Shown here: positions 1 through 8,307 of the stretch, one piece after another | Position numbering within the stretch: the first letter of the stretch is position 1 | Layout of the letters: each line of letters begins with the position of its first letter | Origin: Alphaproteobacteria bacterium | GTDB taxonomy: Bacteria; Pseudomonadota; Alphaproteobacteria; MPNO01; UBA830 | NCBI GenBank assembly: GCA_022822405.1 | Contig: JAJEBT010000066.1 | Span: 25,464 to 89,463, forward strand | Direction of reading: 5' to 3' | Length of the DNA: 64,000 bases | Program-made: the position numbers and the translations under genes | Notes under the pieces: generated by a model | The model's input: the letters and a program-made list of their open reading frames with translations, nothing else | The model's database searches: none | Told to the model about the DNA's origin: nothing

Positions 1-339
1 GCCGCTCTGCACAGCCGCTCAAGGGAGAGGTCGACGCGCAGATTGGCGAGACAGTCGCCCTTTGCCGCGAGAGCTTCGCATTTCCGTTCGATCCCGGATT
101 CTCGGGCATTGGCGATAGAGGACAGAAATGCCGGCGCAAGGATTATCGTCCCTGCGGTCAAGCTGGAGCGGCGGCGGTTTTCGGCGCTGCAACCGGCCTC
201 GGCGGGGCGGCGTCGGCAGGATTGCGGGTTTCTTGCGCACGGTGACCCGTTGTGCCAGTTTCGGCGCCCAGCGGGTCCGATGAGTCCGAGGATCCGCCCC
301 CTTCCGGATACGCCTCAACCTGCCACGGGAGATCAAGGC

Positions 340-756
340 ATGGCTATTGAACCAACCAACGAAAAACTGTTCGACGCGGGTCTCGCAGTGCGCAGGAAAG
401 TGCTTGGCGAGACCTATGTCGACCCCCAGATCGAACGGGCCAAGACGGATCCCTTCACGGGCGTCATCCAGACCATGGTCACCGAGTATTGTTGGGGCGG
501 GGCGTGGACCAACGACACGCTGGATCACAAGACGCGGAGCCTGATGAATCTGGCGATCCTCACCGCGCTCGGCAAGATGCATGAGCTGAAGGCCCATACC
601 CGCGGCGCGTTGAGGAACGGCTGCACGGTCGAGGAAATCCGCGACGCGCTTGCCCATGCAACCGTCTATTGCGGCATTCCGGCAGGTGTCGATGCGTTCC
701 GCAGCGCCGCCGAAGCCCTTGACCAGGCCAGGGAAGAAGGACTGCTGGACGAATGA
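340..756 (+). CDS. carboxymuconolactone decarboxylase (CMD/AhpD-fold) family protein
   Basis: In-frame ATG at 340 inside ORF 43..756. The product MAIEPTNEKLF...TEYCWGGAWT...LDHKTRSLMNLAILTALGK...GCTVEEIRDALAHATVYCGIPAG fits the gamma-carboxymuconolactone decarboxylase pattern. The 99 upstream codons are Arg/Pro-rich and look non-coding. Confidence 0.8.
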   Translation: MAIEPTNEKLFDAGLAVRRKVLGETYVDPQIERAKTDPFTGVIQTMVTEYCWGGAWTNDTLDHKTRSLMNLAILTALGKMHELKAHTRGALRNGCTVEEIRDALAHATVYCGIPAGVDAFRSAAEALDQAREEGLLDE

Positions 757-799
757 TGCCGTTCTCCCGATCCGCAGTTCGGCCGACGGGCGCGCATTC

Positions 800-1999
800 A
801 TGAAAGGCAATGATCGCGTTCTGATAGCCGGTGCCGGCCCGGTCGGCTGTGTGGCGGCGCTGCACCTGTCGCAGAACGGCATTCCGGTAACGCTTCTCGA
901 AGCGTGCGCCGAACTCCCCGAGGATCTGCGCGCCTCGACGTTTCACCCGCCGACCCTGGACATGCTCGACGAGCTCGGCGTCGTCGAGCGCCTCATCTCG
1001 GAGGGCATCATCTGTCCGGTCTGGCAGTATCGGGATGTCCAGGACGGCGTCATCGCGGAATGGGATCTCGGAGTGCTCGGAAACGATACCAGGCACCCCT
1101 ATCGCGTGCAGTGCGAACAGTACAAGCTGACCCGGATCATCGTCGAGGAACTCGCCCGGGCGGGCAGCGTCGACGTGCGTTTCCAGAACCGCGTCGTGGC
1201 TGCGGCACAGGATGATGATGGCGTTTCCGTCGAAGTCGAGGCGCCAGGGGGCCGCGAAACGCTGCACGGGCGCTATCTCGTTGCGGCCGACGGCGCCTCG
1301 AGCGTCATCCGCATCGGGCAGGGCATCGGATTCGACGGTCTGACCTTTCCGGAGTTGTGGCTGTGCGCGAGTACGGCGTATCCGTTTGATGATCATTTCG
1401 AGAACCTGGCGCCGATCGCCTATGTTGCGGGTGTCGATTTCTGGTTCGTCTTCGTGCGCGTCCCCGGCCTGTGGCGTCTCCTGATGCCGTCGCGACCGGG
1501 GGAGAGCGCGGAGATGCTGGTGACCGACGAGTCCGTGCAACAGCGCATGCAGCAGATATGCCCCAAGGACGGCGACTACGACACGTATCACCGCACGGCC
1601 TACGCGGTGCACCAGCGGGTTGCCGACACCTATCGCAAGGGACGGATCTTCCTTGCCGGAGATTCAGCGCACATAAACAATCCGCTGGGCGGAATGGGCA
1701 TGAACGGGGGTATTCACGATGCCGTCAATCTCTGCGAGAAGCTCGATGGCGTCTGGCACGGGCGGACGGACGAGAGTGAACTCGATCGCTACGACGCACA
1801 ACGGCGCCCGATAGCGATCGAATACGTCCAGCTGGCGACCTTGCGCAACAAGGCGCTCCTCGAGGAGACCGACGCGGATACGCGCAGGACAAAGCACGAC
1901 GAGTTGCGGCGGACGGCCGCCGATCCGGTGGCGGCAAGGAACTATCTTCTGCAGTCATCCATGATCGGAGTCCTGGCGCGCGCAAGGGAACTGGGCTGA
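800..1999 (+). CDS. FAD-dependent aromatic-type monooxygenase
   Basis: ATG at 800 inside ORF 650..1999. It has an N-terminal dinucleotide fold (VLIAGAGPVGCVAALHL) and the C-terminal flavoprotein hydroxylase motif (RIFLAGDSAHINNPLGGMGMNGGIHDAVNL). Confidence 0.8.
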   Translation: MKGNDRVLIAGAGPVGCVAALHLSQNGIPVTLLEACAELPEDLRASTFHPPTLDMLDELGVVERLISEGIICPVWQYRDVQDGVIAEWDLGVLGNDTRHPYRVQCEQYKLTRIIVEELARAGSVDVRFQNRVVAAAQDDDGVSVEVEAPGGRETLHGRYLVAADGASSVIRIGQGIGFDGLTFPELWLCASTAYPFDDHFENLAPIAYVAGVDFWFVFVRVPGLWRLLMPSRPGESAEMLVTDESVQQRMQQICPKDGDYDTYHRTAYAVHQRVADTYRKGRIFLAGDSAHINNPLGGMGMNGGIHDAVNLCEKLDGVWHGRTDESELDRYDAQRRPIAIEYVQLATLRNKALLEETDADTRRTKHDELRRTAADPVAARNYLLQSSMIGVLARARELG

Positions 2000-2069
2000 C
2001 GGAAACTCGGCGGACGCGGCTTCTTGCGCATCGAGGGCCCGTGGCGCCGGCGCGAGGGGGGTGCGGGCG

Positions 2070-2675
2070 TCAGACCCGCGGCGGCGGGGAGCGCTTCGGT
2101 CCGGTCGTGTCGGCCATGCCGGCGGCGACCATCTCGTCGTAGTACCTCTTGTAACCGGCCTTCATTTTCTCGGGCGCGCCACGGTCGCGAAAGACCTGTT
2201 CGTCCCACTTCTTGTCGATGCCGTGGCCGAGGATCATCCGGTTGAACCAGTTCCAGCTGGCGCAGACCGTGATCGCGATGGTGAGGTCCTCTTCCGACCA
2301 GCCTGCGCTATAGCATGCCCTGGCGTCCTCGTCGGTCATGCGGTCGGGGGTGAGGGTCAGCTTCTTGACGTATTTCAGGACGGGTTTAAGCCTGTCGTCG
2401 ACGGGAGCCATGTCGATGTCATCGATCAGCTTGCCGAAGAGGTCTTCGTCGACGCCGAGCGCCATGCAGACGTTCTTGTGCGCGCCGAAGCAGAAATCGC
2501 AGGCGTTCAACAGCGAACAGAACGCGGCGATGATTTCCTTTTCCTCCCGGTTCGGACCCGCTTCGTAGTTCATCAGCCGGTGGATGAAGTCCATGTAGGG
2601 CTCGAACAGGTCCCACTTGGACAGCTGAAGCTGTGACATCGAAATGATGCCGTCGTAGCTCGGGAAATGGGTCAT
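2070..2675 (-). CDS. AhpD-like / CMD-family peroxidase-related protein
   Basis: ATG (cat at 2673-2675) is preceded by aaggagg on the coding strand. The product MTHFPSYDGIISMSQLQLSKWDLFEPYMDF...CDFCFGAH has the CxxC-type motif typical of AhpD-fold proteins. The longer ORF to 2963 is an Arg/Pro-rich extension. Confidence 0.65.
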   Translation of the reverse strand: MTHFPSYDGIISMSQLQLSKWDLFEPYMDFIHRLMNYEAGPNREEKEIIAAFCSLLNACDFCFGAHKNVCMALGVDEDLFGKLIDDIDMAPVDDRLKPVLKYVKKLTLTPDRMTDEDARACYSAGWSEEDLTIAITVCASWNWFNRMILGHGIDKKWDEQVFRDRGAPEKMKAGYKRYYDEMVAAGMADTTGPKRSPPPRV

Positions 2676-2881
2676 CTGGTCCTCCTTCACGGTCTGGCGC
2701 GATGCGCGGCGATCAGGTGCTGGCGACCGGCGTTTCCGAAGCGCCGCCTCGGGATCGGGCAGTTGCACATGCCCCAGCCGGCGCATCGAGCCCATTCCGC
2801 CGGTGACGGGCGCCGGTGCGACGATACCTTCCGGTTCGCGGCCCGGACTGCGCAGGTCATGGAGGCGGGCGTCTCCGGGCG

Positions 2882-4069
2882 TCAGCCGCCGTTCGCTTCG
2901 AACAGCCGACGCTGGCCGGCCTGTTCCATCAGCGGCATGACCTCGTCGATCCACTGGCGGCATTCGGTCTTGTAATCGACCCAGGAAATCAGGATCCCGT
3001 CGACGCCGATCCTGACCAGCGTGTCGATCTCGTCGACGATCTGTTCCGCCGTACCGACCAGCGGGTAGCCGCCATGCCCGGCAATGAAGTGGAAGCGGAA
3101 TTCATCGAGGACGTCCGGCGGCAGGGTCTCCGACTGCATACCGAAGATCTCGAGCAGGTTGTTCACGGCGACATAGTCGCCGCGCTCCACGACATAGTGA
3201 TTGAGGTAGTCGCGGGCTTCCTTCTCGGTCTCACGGCAGACGACATAGACGTGAATCCAGCTCTGGACCTCGCGGCCGGCCTCGCGCGCCATGTCCTTGA
3301 GCTTGCGGATCTGTGCCCGGCCGCCCTCGATGTCCCGCTGCTTGAGAATGACGAAGTTCATGTCCGCCTGCGTGGCGGCGAACTTCTGGCCGGCCTCCGA
3401 GCCGCCGGCATTCATCACGGGAGGCATGGGCTTCTGGATCGGCTTGGGCTGGCTCCAGATATTCCGGGAGGTAAACCAGCGGCCCTCGAAATCGAACTCG
3501 TTCTCCTCGGTCCATATCCGCCGCACCAGGTCGAGCCATTCGGTTGCGTATTCGTAGCGGACGTCGTGCTCGCGCCATTCGGCGTTGAACATCTCGAATT
3601 CGTTCTTGAACCATCCACAGACGACGTTCAGCGCAAAGCGCCCGCCCGAGATGTGGTCGATCGTCGCGCACTGCTTGGCTGCGGCGACCGGGTGCGTGAG
3701 CGGAACGTGCGAGGTCGAGAAGATGCAGGAATAGTCGGTGACTGCGGCCACGGCCGCGGCCCAGTTGTAGGTCTCGAAGGTGCGGTTGTTGAAGTTCGTC
3801 TCGCCGCCATAGCCGCGCCATCGGGCAACCGGCAGCAGAACCTCGAAACCCGCGCGATCCGCCATCACCGAGACCTCGCGGGTGTCCGGCCAGGTCATCT
3901 TCCACGAATTGTCGGCGGTGGTGATCGTCGATCCATGGCTGCAGTTCATGGCGATGATGCCGATCTTCATCCGGTTCTGGTTGTAGAGCGGGTTGTCGCG
4001 GACCGGCCTCTGCTCCATGAAATGCAGCCCATCGTTTCCTTTTTCCGACAGTCCGAGCCATCTTGCCAT
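2882..4069 (-). CDS. LLM-class (luciferase-like) flavin-dependent oxidoreductase
   Basis: 395-aa ORF with a typical LLM layout (MKIGIIAMN..., ...HISGGRFALNVVCGW..., ...GTAEQIVDEI...). An alternative start is the ATG at 3970 (MKIGII). Confidence 0.8.
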   Translation of the reverse strand: MARWLGLSEKGNDGLHFMEQRPVRDNPLYNQNRMKIGIIAMNCSHGSTITTADNSWKMTWPDTREVSVMADRAGFEVLLPVARWRGYGGETNFNNRTFETYNWAAAVAAVTDYSCIFSTSHVPLTHPVAAAKQCATIDHISGGRFALNVVCGWFKNEFEMFNAEWREHDVRYEYATEWLDLVRRIWTEENEFDFEGRWFTSRNIWSQPKPIQKPMPPVMNAGGSEAGQKFAATQADMNFVILKQRDIEGGRAQIRKLKDMAREAGREVQSWIHVYVVCRETEKEARDYLNHYVVERGDYVAVNNLLEIFGMQSETLPPDVLDEFRFHFIAGHGGYPLVGTAEQIVDEIDTLVRIGVDGILISWVDYKTECRQWIDEVMPLMEQAGQRRLFEANGG

Positions 4070-4317
4070 GAAGGTCCGCCTGCAACAACCGGCGCATGAG
4101 GGCCGGAGCCCTTGACAGCAAAATCACCAATGCCCTAGAGTTCCATGCAGGGAGGCTCTGGCGCATGACTCCGGCAGTTTCCGCGGAGACGGCCCGGTCC
4201 GGGAAAACAGTCGTTTCGGGCCGGTGCGGCCATCACGCCGGTTGCGCAGAGCGGCGCCTGCGGCTGGCCTGACAAGGCCCCGCCCGTGCAGGCCGCCATG
4301 ACAACCACGGGGGCTGG

Positions 4318-5922
4318 ATGGCTCCAGTGATGGACAGCAGACGAGACAGGGGCCGCCGCGCGGCGAGACAACGTGCACGGATCGCGGGATCGATCGCGCG
4401 CGCCGCCGGTTCGGACCGCCGGACGCTCCTGCGCAAGGGCCGCCGCGGCAGGCGGGCCTCGGCCAGGCCGGCTGTCTGGGCGACGGCCGCGGTTCTCCTC
4501 GTGCTGGCCGGCGGCTCGGCCGGTTATCTCGTCCTCGACCGGAGCGATTTGCCCGACTGGCTGCAGGCGGAACCGCCGCGTGGCGACGACCTGCTCCCGG
4601 CTTCGGTCCTCCTGACGGAAGAGGACTGGGCCGACTACGTGATGCTCGAGCGCGGGCGGCGCGTTCACGCCGAGCTCGAGAAGTCTCTCGAGGGAAACCG
4701 CCGGGAGAGCGAACGCATCCAGACGCGGCTCCGCCTGCTGAGTGCGCTGCTCGACCGCACTGCGCGGGAGGCGGAGGAGGAGCGGGTGCGGTTTACCGAG
4801 GCGGCGTGGGCTGACGTCCTGACGGAGGAGCGGGCGCGGCGCCGGACAGCCGGCCTCGAGAAGTCTCTCGACGGAAGCCGCCAAGAGAGCCGGCGCCTGG
4901 ATACGCGTTTCCGTGTGCTGCGCGCGCTGCACGACCGCACTGCGCGGGAGGCGGAGGAGGAGCGGGCACGGTTTGCCGAGGCGGCGTGGGCTGACGTCCT
5001 GACGGAGGAGCGGGCGCGGCGCCGGACGGCCGGCCTCGAGAAGTCTCTCGACGGAAGCCGCCAGGAGAGCCGGCGCCTGGATACGCGTTTCCACGTGCTG
5101 CGCGCGCTGCACGACCGCAACATGCGGGAGGCGGAAGAGGAGCGGGCGCGGTTTGCCGAGGCGGCGTGGGCCGGTCACCTGACGCGGGAGCGGGCGCGGC
5201 GCCAGACCGCCGAACTCGAGGGATCGCTCAGCGACCGCACTGCGGCTGTCGGGCGCGCGCGGCTTGAGACGCGCATCCTGCTCGCGCTTGCGAACCGCAT
5301 GGCCTATGAGTTGCGCGCCGACATCGAACGCATCCGCACGCTGCTGGGGTCGACCGGCGTCGGGCTCGAACAGCTGGTCAAGGGGAATTCCGTGCGGGTG
5401 CTCGCCCAGGGAGGGCCGTTCGAGGGCGTCGAAGATGCATTCGGCGCCGCCGTGGCCACCCTTGAGGAGGAGCTCGATCGCAGGAGGTCGCTGCAGACCG
5501 CGCTGCGGCAGATTCCGCTTGCTTCGCCGCTTGATTATTATTATCTATCAAGCAGGTACGGCATGCGGAAGGATCCCATCAACGGCCGGCGCGCGATGCA
5601 TCATGGCATCGACATGGTGCCGCCGTTCCTTGAGAGGGTTCTTGCCCCCGCCCCCGGCGTGGTCACGTTTTCCGGACGCAACGGAGGTTTCGGACGGTTC
5701 GTCGAGATCGATCACGGCAACGGCATCGTGACGCGGTACGGGCATCTGCGCCGCGTCTATGTCAGGCGCGGGGACGAGGTCGGGTTCCGCGACCGGATTG
5801 CCCAGGTGGGCCGAACCGGGCGCTCGACCGGCGTCCATCTGCATTACGAGATCACCATCGACGGCAAGTCGGTGGATCCGCTCAAATTCATCATGGCAGG
5901 GAAAAATGTTTTCGAAGATTAA
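4318..5922 (+). CDS. M23 family metallopeptidase with TM segment and repeat-built coiled coil (LmdC-like architecture)
   Basis: The N-terminus is basic and followed by a hydrophobic segment (AVWATAAVLLVLAGGSAG). The centre holds 60-aa repeats. The C-terminal LytM/M23 motifs are HHGIDM ... GRTGRSTGVHLHYEI. Confidence 0.85.
   Translation: MAPVMDSRRDRGRRAARQRARIAGSIARAAGSDRRTLLRKGRRGRRASARPAVWATAAVLLVLAGGSAGYLVLDRSDLPDWLQAEPPRGDDLLPASVLLTEEDWADYVMLERGRRVHAELEKSLEGNRRESERIQTRLRLLSALLDRTAREAEEERVRFTEAAWADVLTEERARRRTAGLEKSLDGSRQESRRLDTRFRVLRALHDRTAREAEEERARFAEAAWADVLTEERARRRTAGLEKSLDGSRQESRRLDTRFHVLRALHDRNMREAEEERARFAEAAWAGHLTRERARRQTAELEGSLSDRTAAVGRARLETRILLALANRMAYELRADIERIRTLLGSTGVGLEQLVKGNSVRVLAQGGPFEGVEDAFGAAVATLEEELDRRRSLQTALRQIPLASPLDYYYLSSRYGMRKDPINGRRAMHHGIDMVPPFLERVLAPAPGVVTFSGRNGGFGRFVEIDHGNGIVTRYGHLRRVYVRRGDEVGFRDRIAQVGRTGRSTGVHLHYEITIDGKSVDPLKFIMAGKNVFED
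4610..5290 (+). repeat. in-frame 180-bp tandem repeat array (about 3.7 units) inside the M23 peptidase gene
   Basis: Units 4741-4920 and 4921-5100 are identical at 170/180 positions by hand alignment. The flanking units (about 4610-4740 and 5101-5290) are more diverged. Each unit encodes REAEEERxRFxEAAWADVLTEERARRRTAGLEKSLDGSRQESRRLDTRFxVLRALHDRT. Confidence 0.9.
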
Positions 5923-6370
5923 ACGAAATGCCGGATCCGGCGGCGATCTTGCACTGTCCTATCTGGCCGAAGACGTCGAGATCGCCGGGGACATCTTCAG
6001 CGACGGAGAGATCCAGGTGGACGGCACCATGTCGGGGAACATCAGGTGCCGGAGGTTCCTGCTTGGTGAGAAGGCCCGGTTCGCCGGGTCGGTCATGTGC
6101 TCCGAAGGCGTCGTTCTCGGCGAGGTAAGCGGGGACGTCAGGGCCGGCTCGCTAACGCTGGCGGAGACGGCGCGAATCGAGGGCGACGTGCTCTATGAGA
6201 CCCTTGTCATCGAGGCCGGCGCCCGCATCGACGGGCGCTGCAGCTTCAGCGAGGTCTCGGGTTCTCCCGAGCCCGATTCCGGAGAGGGGAACGACGAAGC
6301 CCACAGCCCGGACCCCGGATACCGGCAGTTAAACGTTGTCGCCGAGTCGGGTTCCGTGAAATCCGGCTAG
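5906..6370 (+). CDS. bactofilin family cytoskeletal protein
   Basis: ATG at 5906 overlaps the 3' end of the peptidase gene by 17 nt. The product MFSKIKR...IAGDIFSDGEIQVDGTMSGNI...GSVMCSEGVVLGEVSGDV...IEGDVLYETLVIEAGARIDGRC shows the repetitive beta-helix pattern of bactofilins (DUF583). Confidence 0.8.
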   Translation: MFSKIKRNAGSGGDLALSYLAEDVEIAGDIFSDGEIQVDGTMSGNIRCRRFLLGEKARFAGSVMCSEGVVLGEVSGDVRAGSLTLAETARIEGDVLYETLVIEAGARIDGRCSFSEVSGSPEPDSGEGNDEAHSPDPGYRQLNVVAESGSVKSG

Positions 6371-6502
6371 CGGTCCGCCGCCGGGCCAGCCGACGGCCTG
6401 CCGCATGCGCCGCGCGCGCGTCCGGCATCGGCCGACCGGTCCCGCATGTCCGGCGTCAGCCCGGGCCCGGGGCAGCCTGCGGTCTCCGCGACAGGAGGAG
6501 TG

Positions 6503-7078
6503 ATGGACACTAGGCGTCTCTACACGGTTGTCGAGGAAACCGTCCACGACATGGGCCGGCCGCGCGAGCAGGTGCTGCGCAAGGTTGCCGTGGTCGCGGT
6601 GATCGCCAACCCCTATGCCGGGCGGGCCTATGCCGAGGACCTGAACGGGCTGATCGAGCCCAGCGCCGCACTCGGCGCAAAGATTGCCGAGATGGCGGTT
6701 GCTCAGATGAAGCCCTACGCGGTGGAGTCCTACGGCAAGGCGGCACTTGTCGGCGGCGCGGGGGAGCAGGAGCACGGCGTGGCATGCCTGACCACGGTGT
6801 TCGGCAACGCGCTCCGCGACGCGGTCGGCGGCGGCGAGGCCTGGATCTCGTCCTTTACCAAGCGTTGCGCGCCGGGGGAGACGCTCGACATACCGCTCGC
6901 CCACAAGGACGCGCTCTATGTGCGCTCGCACTATGACGGCATGACCATAATGATCCCCGACGCGCCGCTCGCGGACGAGATCTGCGTCATCTGCTGTGTT
7001 GCCAATCGCGGGCGCCTCAATCATCGGGTCGGGGGCCTGTCGAGCGGCGAGATCGCCGGCACGGACGGGCTGAGATAG
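6503..7078 (+). CDS. amino-acid-synthesis family protein (DUF1185-like)
   Basis: ATG at 6503 is preceded by aggagg. The product MDTRRLYTVVEETVHDMGRP...VAVVAVIANPYAG...KAALVGGAGEQEHG resembles the 'amino acid synthesis' family. Confidence 0.6.
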   Translation: MDTRRLYTVVEETVHDMGRPREQVLRKVAVVAVIANPYAGRAYAEDLNGLIEPSAALGAKIAEMAVAQMKPYAVESYGKAALVGGAGEQEHGVACLTTVFGNALRDAVGGGEAWISSFTKRCAPGETLDIPLAHKDALYVRSHYDGMTIMIPDAPLADEICVICCVANRGRLNHRVGGLSSGEIAGTDGLR

Positions 7079-7092
7079 GGACGGGCCGCGAG

Positions 7093-8295
7093 ATGAGAAC
7101 AGCCATTGTCAACATCGCCGCCATCGTGACCGGTGACTGGCGCGCGCCCTTCGCGAAGGGCGATTCGATCCTGATGAACAATGGCAGGATCACCAAGGTC
7201 GGTACGCTGACTGACCGCCAGGCGGAATCCTGCGACTTCATCCTCGATGCCGGCGGTACGACTGCGGCCCCGGGACTCATCGACTCCCAGGTCCATGTCG
7301 CCTTCGCTGACTACACGCCGCGCCAGCGGACGATAGGTTTCCTCGAGAGCTACCTCCACGGTGGCGTGACGACGTCGATCTCGGCGAGCGAGGTTCACGT
7401 GCCGGGCCGGCCCGGCGATCCCGACGGGGTCGTGGCCCTGGCCATCGCCGCCAAGAAGAGCTTCGACAACTATTCGCCGGGAGGCATGCACGTCCATGCC
7501 GGTGCCATCATCATCGAGCCCGGCCTGACGCAGGCTCATTTCGACCAGGCCGCCGCGCAGGGAGTGTGGCTGGCCAAGGCCGGTTTCGGGAAGTTCAAGT
7601 CGCCCTTCGAATACACGCCCTATGTTCGCATGGCGCAGAAGGCGGGAATGATCGTCAACGTCCATACCGGCGGCGCATCGATCCCGGATTCCTCGCCGAT
7701 TACCGGCGACCATCTCCTCGACATGCGCCCCGACGTGTCGTTCCACGTCAATGGTGGCCCGGTGGCGATGCCGGACCGGGACTTCCCGCGGGTGATCAAC
7801 GAGAGCGACATAGCGCTCCAGATCTGCCAGGCGGGCAACATCCGGACCGCGCTGATGTGCCTCGACATGGCGGTCGAAGCGGACGCCTATGACCGCGTGA
7901 TCCTCGCGACCGACACGCCGACGGGTACCGGCGTCATGCCGCTCGGCATGATAAAGTCGGTGTGCGAGCTGTCCTGCCTGTCGAGCTACCCGCCGGAGAT
8001 GCTGCTCGCCGCAGCGACCGGCAACAACGCCGTGGTCTACCGGCTCGATACGGGCTTCATCAGGCGCGGCAAGGCTGGCGACGTGATGCTTCTCGACGCA
8101 CCGCTCGGCGGTAGCAAGCGGACGGCGCTCGAGGCCATAAAGAACGGGGACTATCCGGCGATTCCCGCTGTCTTCACCGACGGCGTGCCGAGGTTCATCG
8201 GCCGCTCGCGCAATACGCCGCCGCCGACGCGGCGCGTGAAGATCGTGCAGAACAGGATCATGCAGGAATTCGGTCCGGGTCGGCATACAGTGTGA
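7093..8295 (+). CDS. metal-dependent amidohydrolase (enamidase-like)
   Basis: The 400-aa ORF starts MRTAIVNIAAIVTGDW...NNGRITKVG...LDAGGTTAAPGLIDSQVHV, the usual N-terminal beta-sandwich plus metal-site entry of amidohydrolase-superfamily enzymes. Confidence 0.7.
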   Translation: MRTAIVNIAAIVTGDWRAPFAKGDSILMNNGRITKVGTLTDRQAESCDFILDAGGTTAAPGLIDSQVHVAFADYTPRQRTIGFLESYLHGGVTTSISASEVHVPGRPGDPDGVVALAIAAKKSFDNYSPGGMHVHAGAIIIEPGLTQAHFDQAAAQGVWLAKAGFGKFKSPFEYTPYVRMAQKAGMIVNVHTGGASIPDSSPITGDHLLDMRPDVSFHVNGGPVAMPDRDFPRVINESDIALQICQAGNIRTALMCLDMAVEADAYDRVILATDTPTGTGVMPLGMIKSVCELSCLSSYPPEMLLAAATGNNAVVYRLDTGFIRRGKAGDVMLLDAPLGGSKRTALEAIKNGDYPAIPAVFTDGVPRFIGRSRNTPPPTRRVKIVQNRIMQEFGPGRHTV

Positions 8296-8307
8296 CGGGG
8301 GCGGACA

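Noticed and set aside
1-339. Possible 5' end of a minus-strand gene running off the left edge (frame reading ...GTIILAPAFLSSIANARESGIERKCEALAAKGDCLANLRVDLSLERLCRAA)
   Set aside because: The frame is open and protein-like, but I can find no convincing start codon, SD or family motif. The region is too short and GC-rich to separate coding from chance.
4610-5290. Tandem repeats as a CRISPR array or minisatellite in non-coding DNA
   Set aside because: The period is 180 bp with no unique spacers. The repeats are in frame within a single ORF and encode a heptad-like coiled coil. No cas genes occur anywhere in the window.
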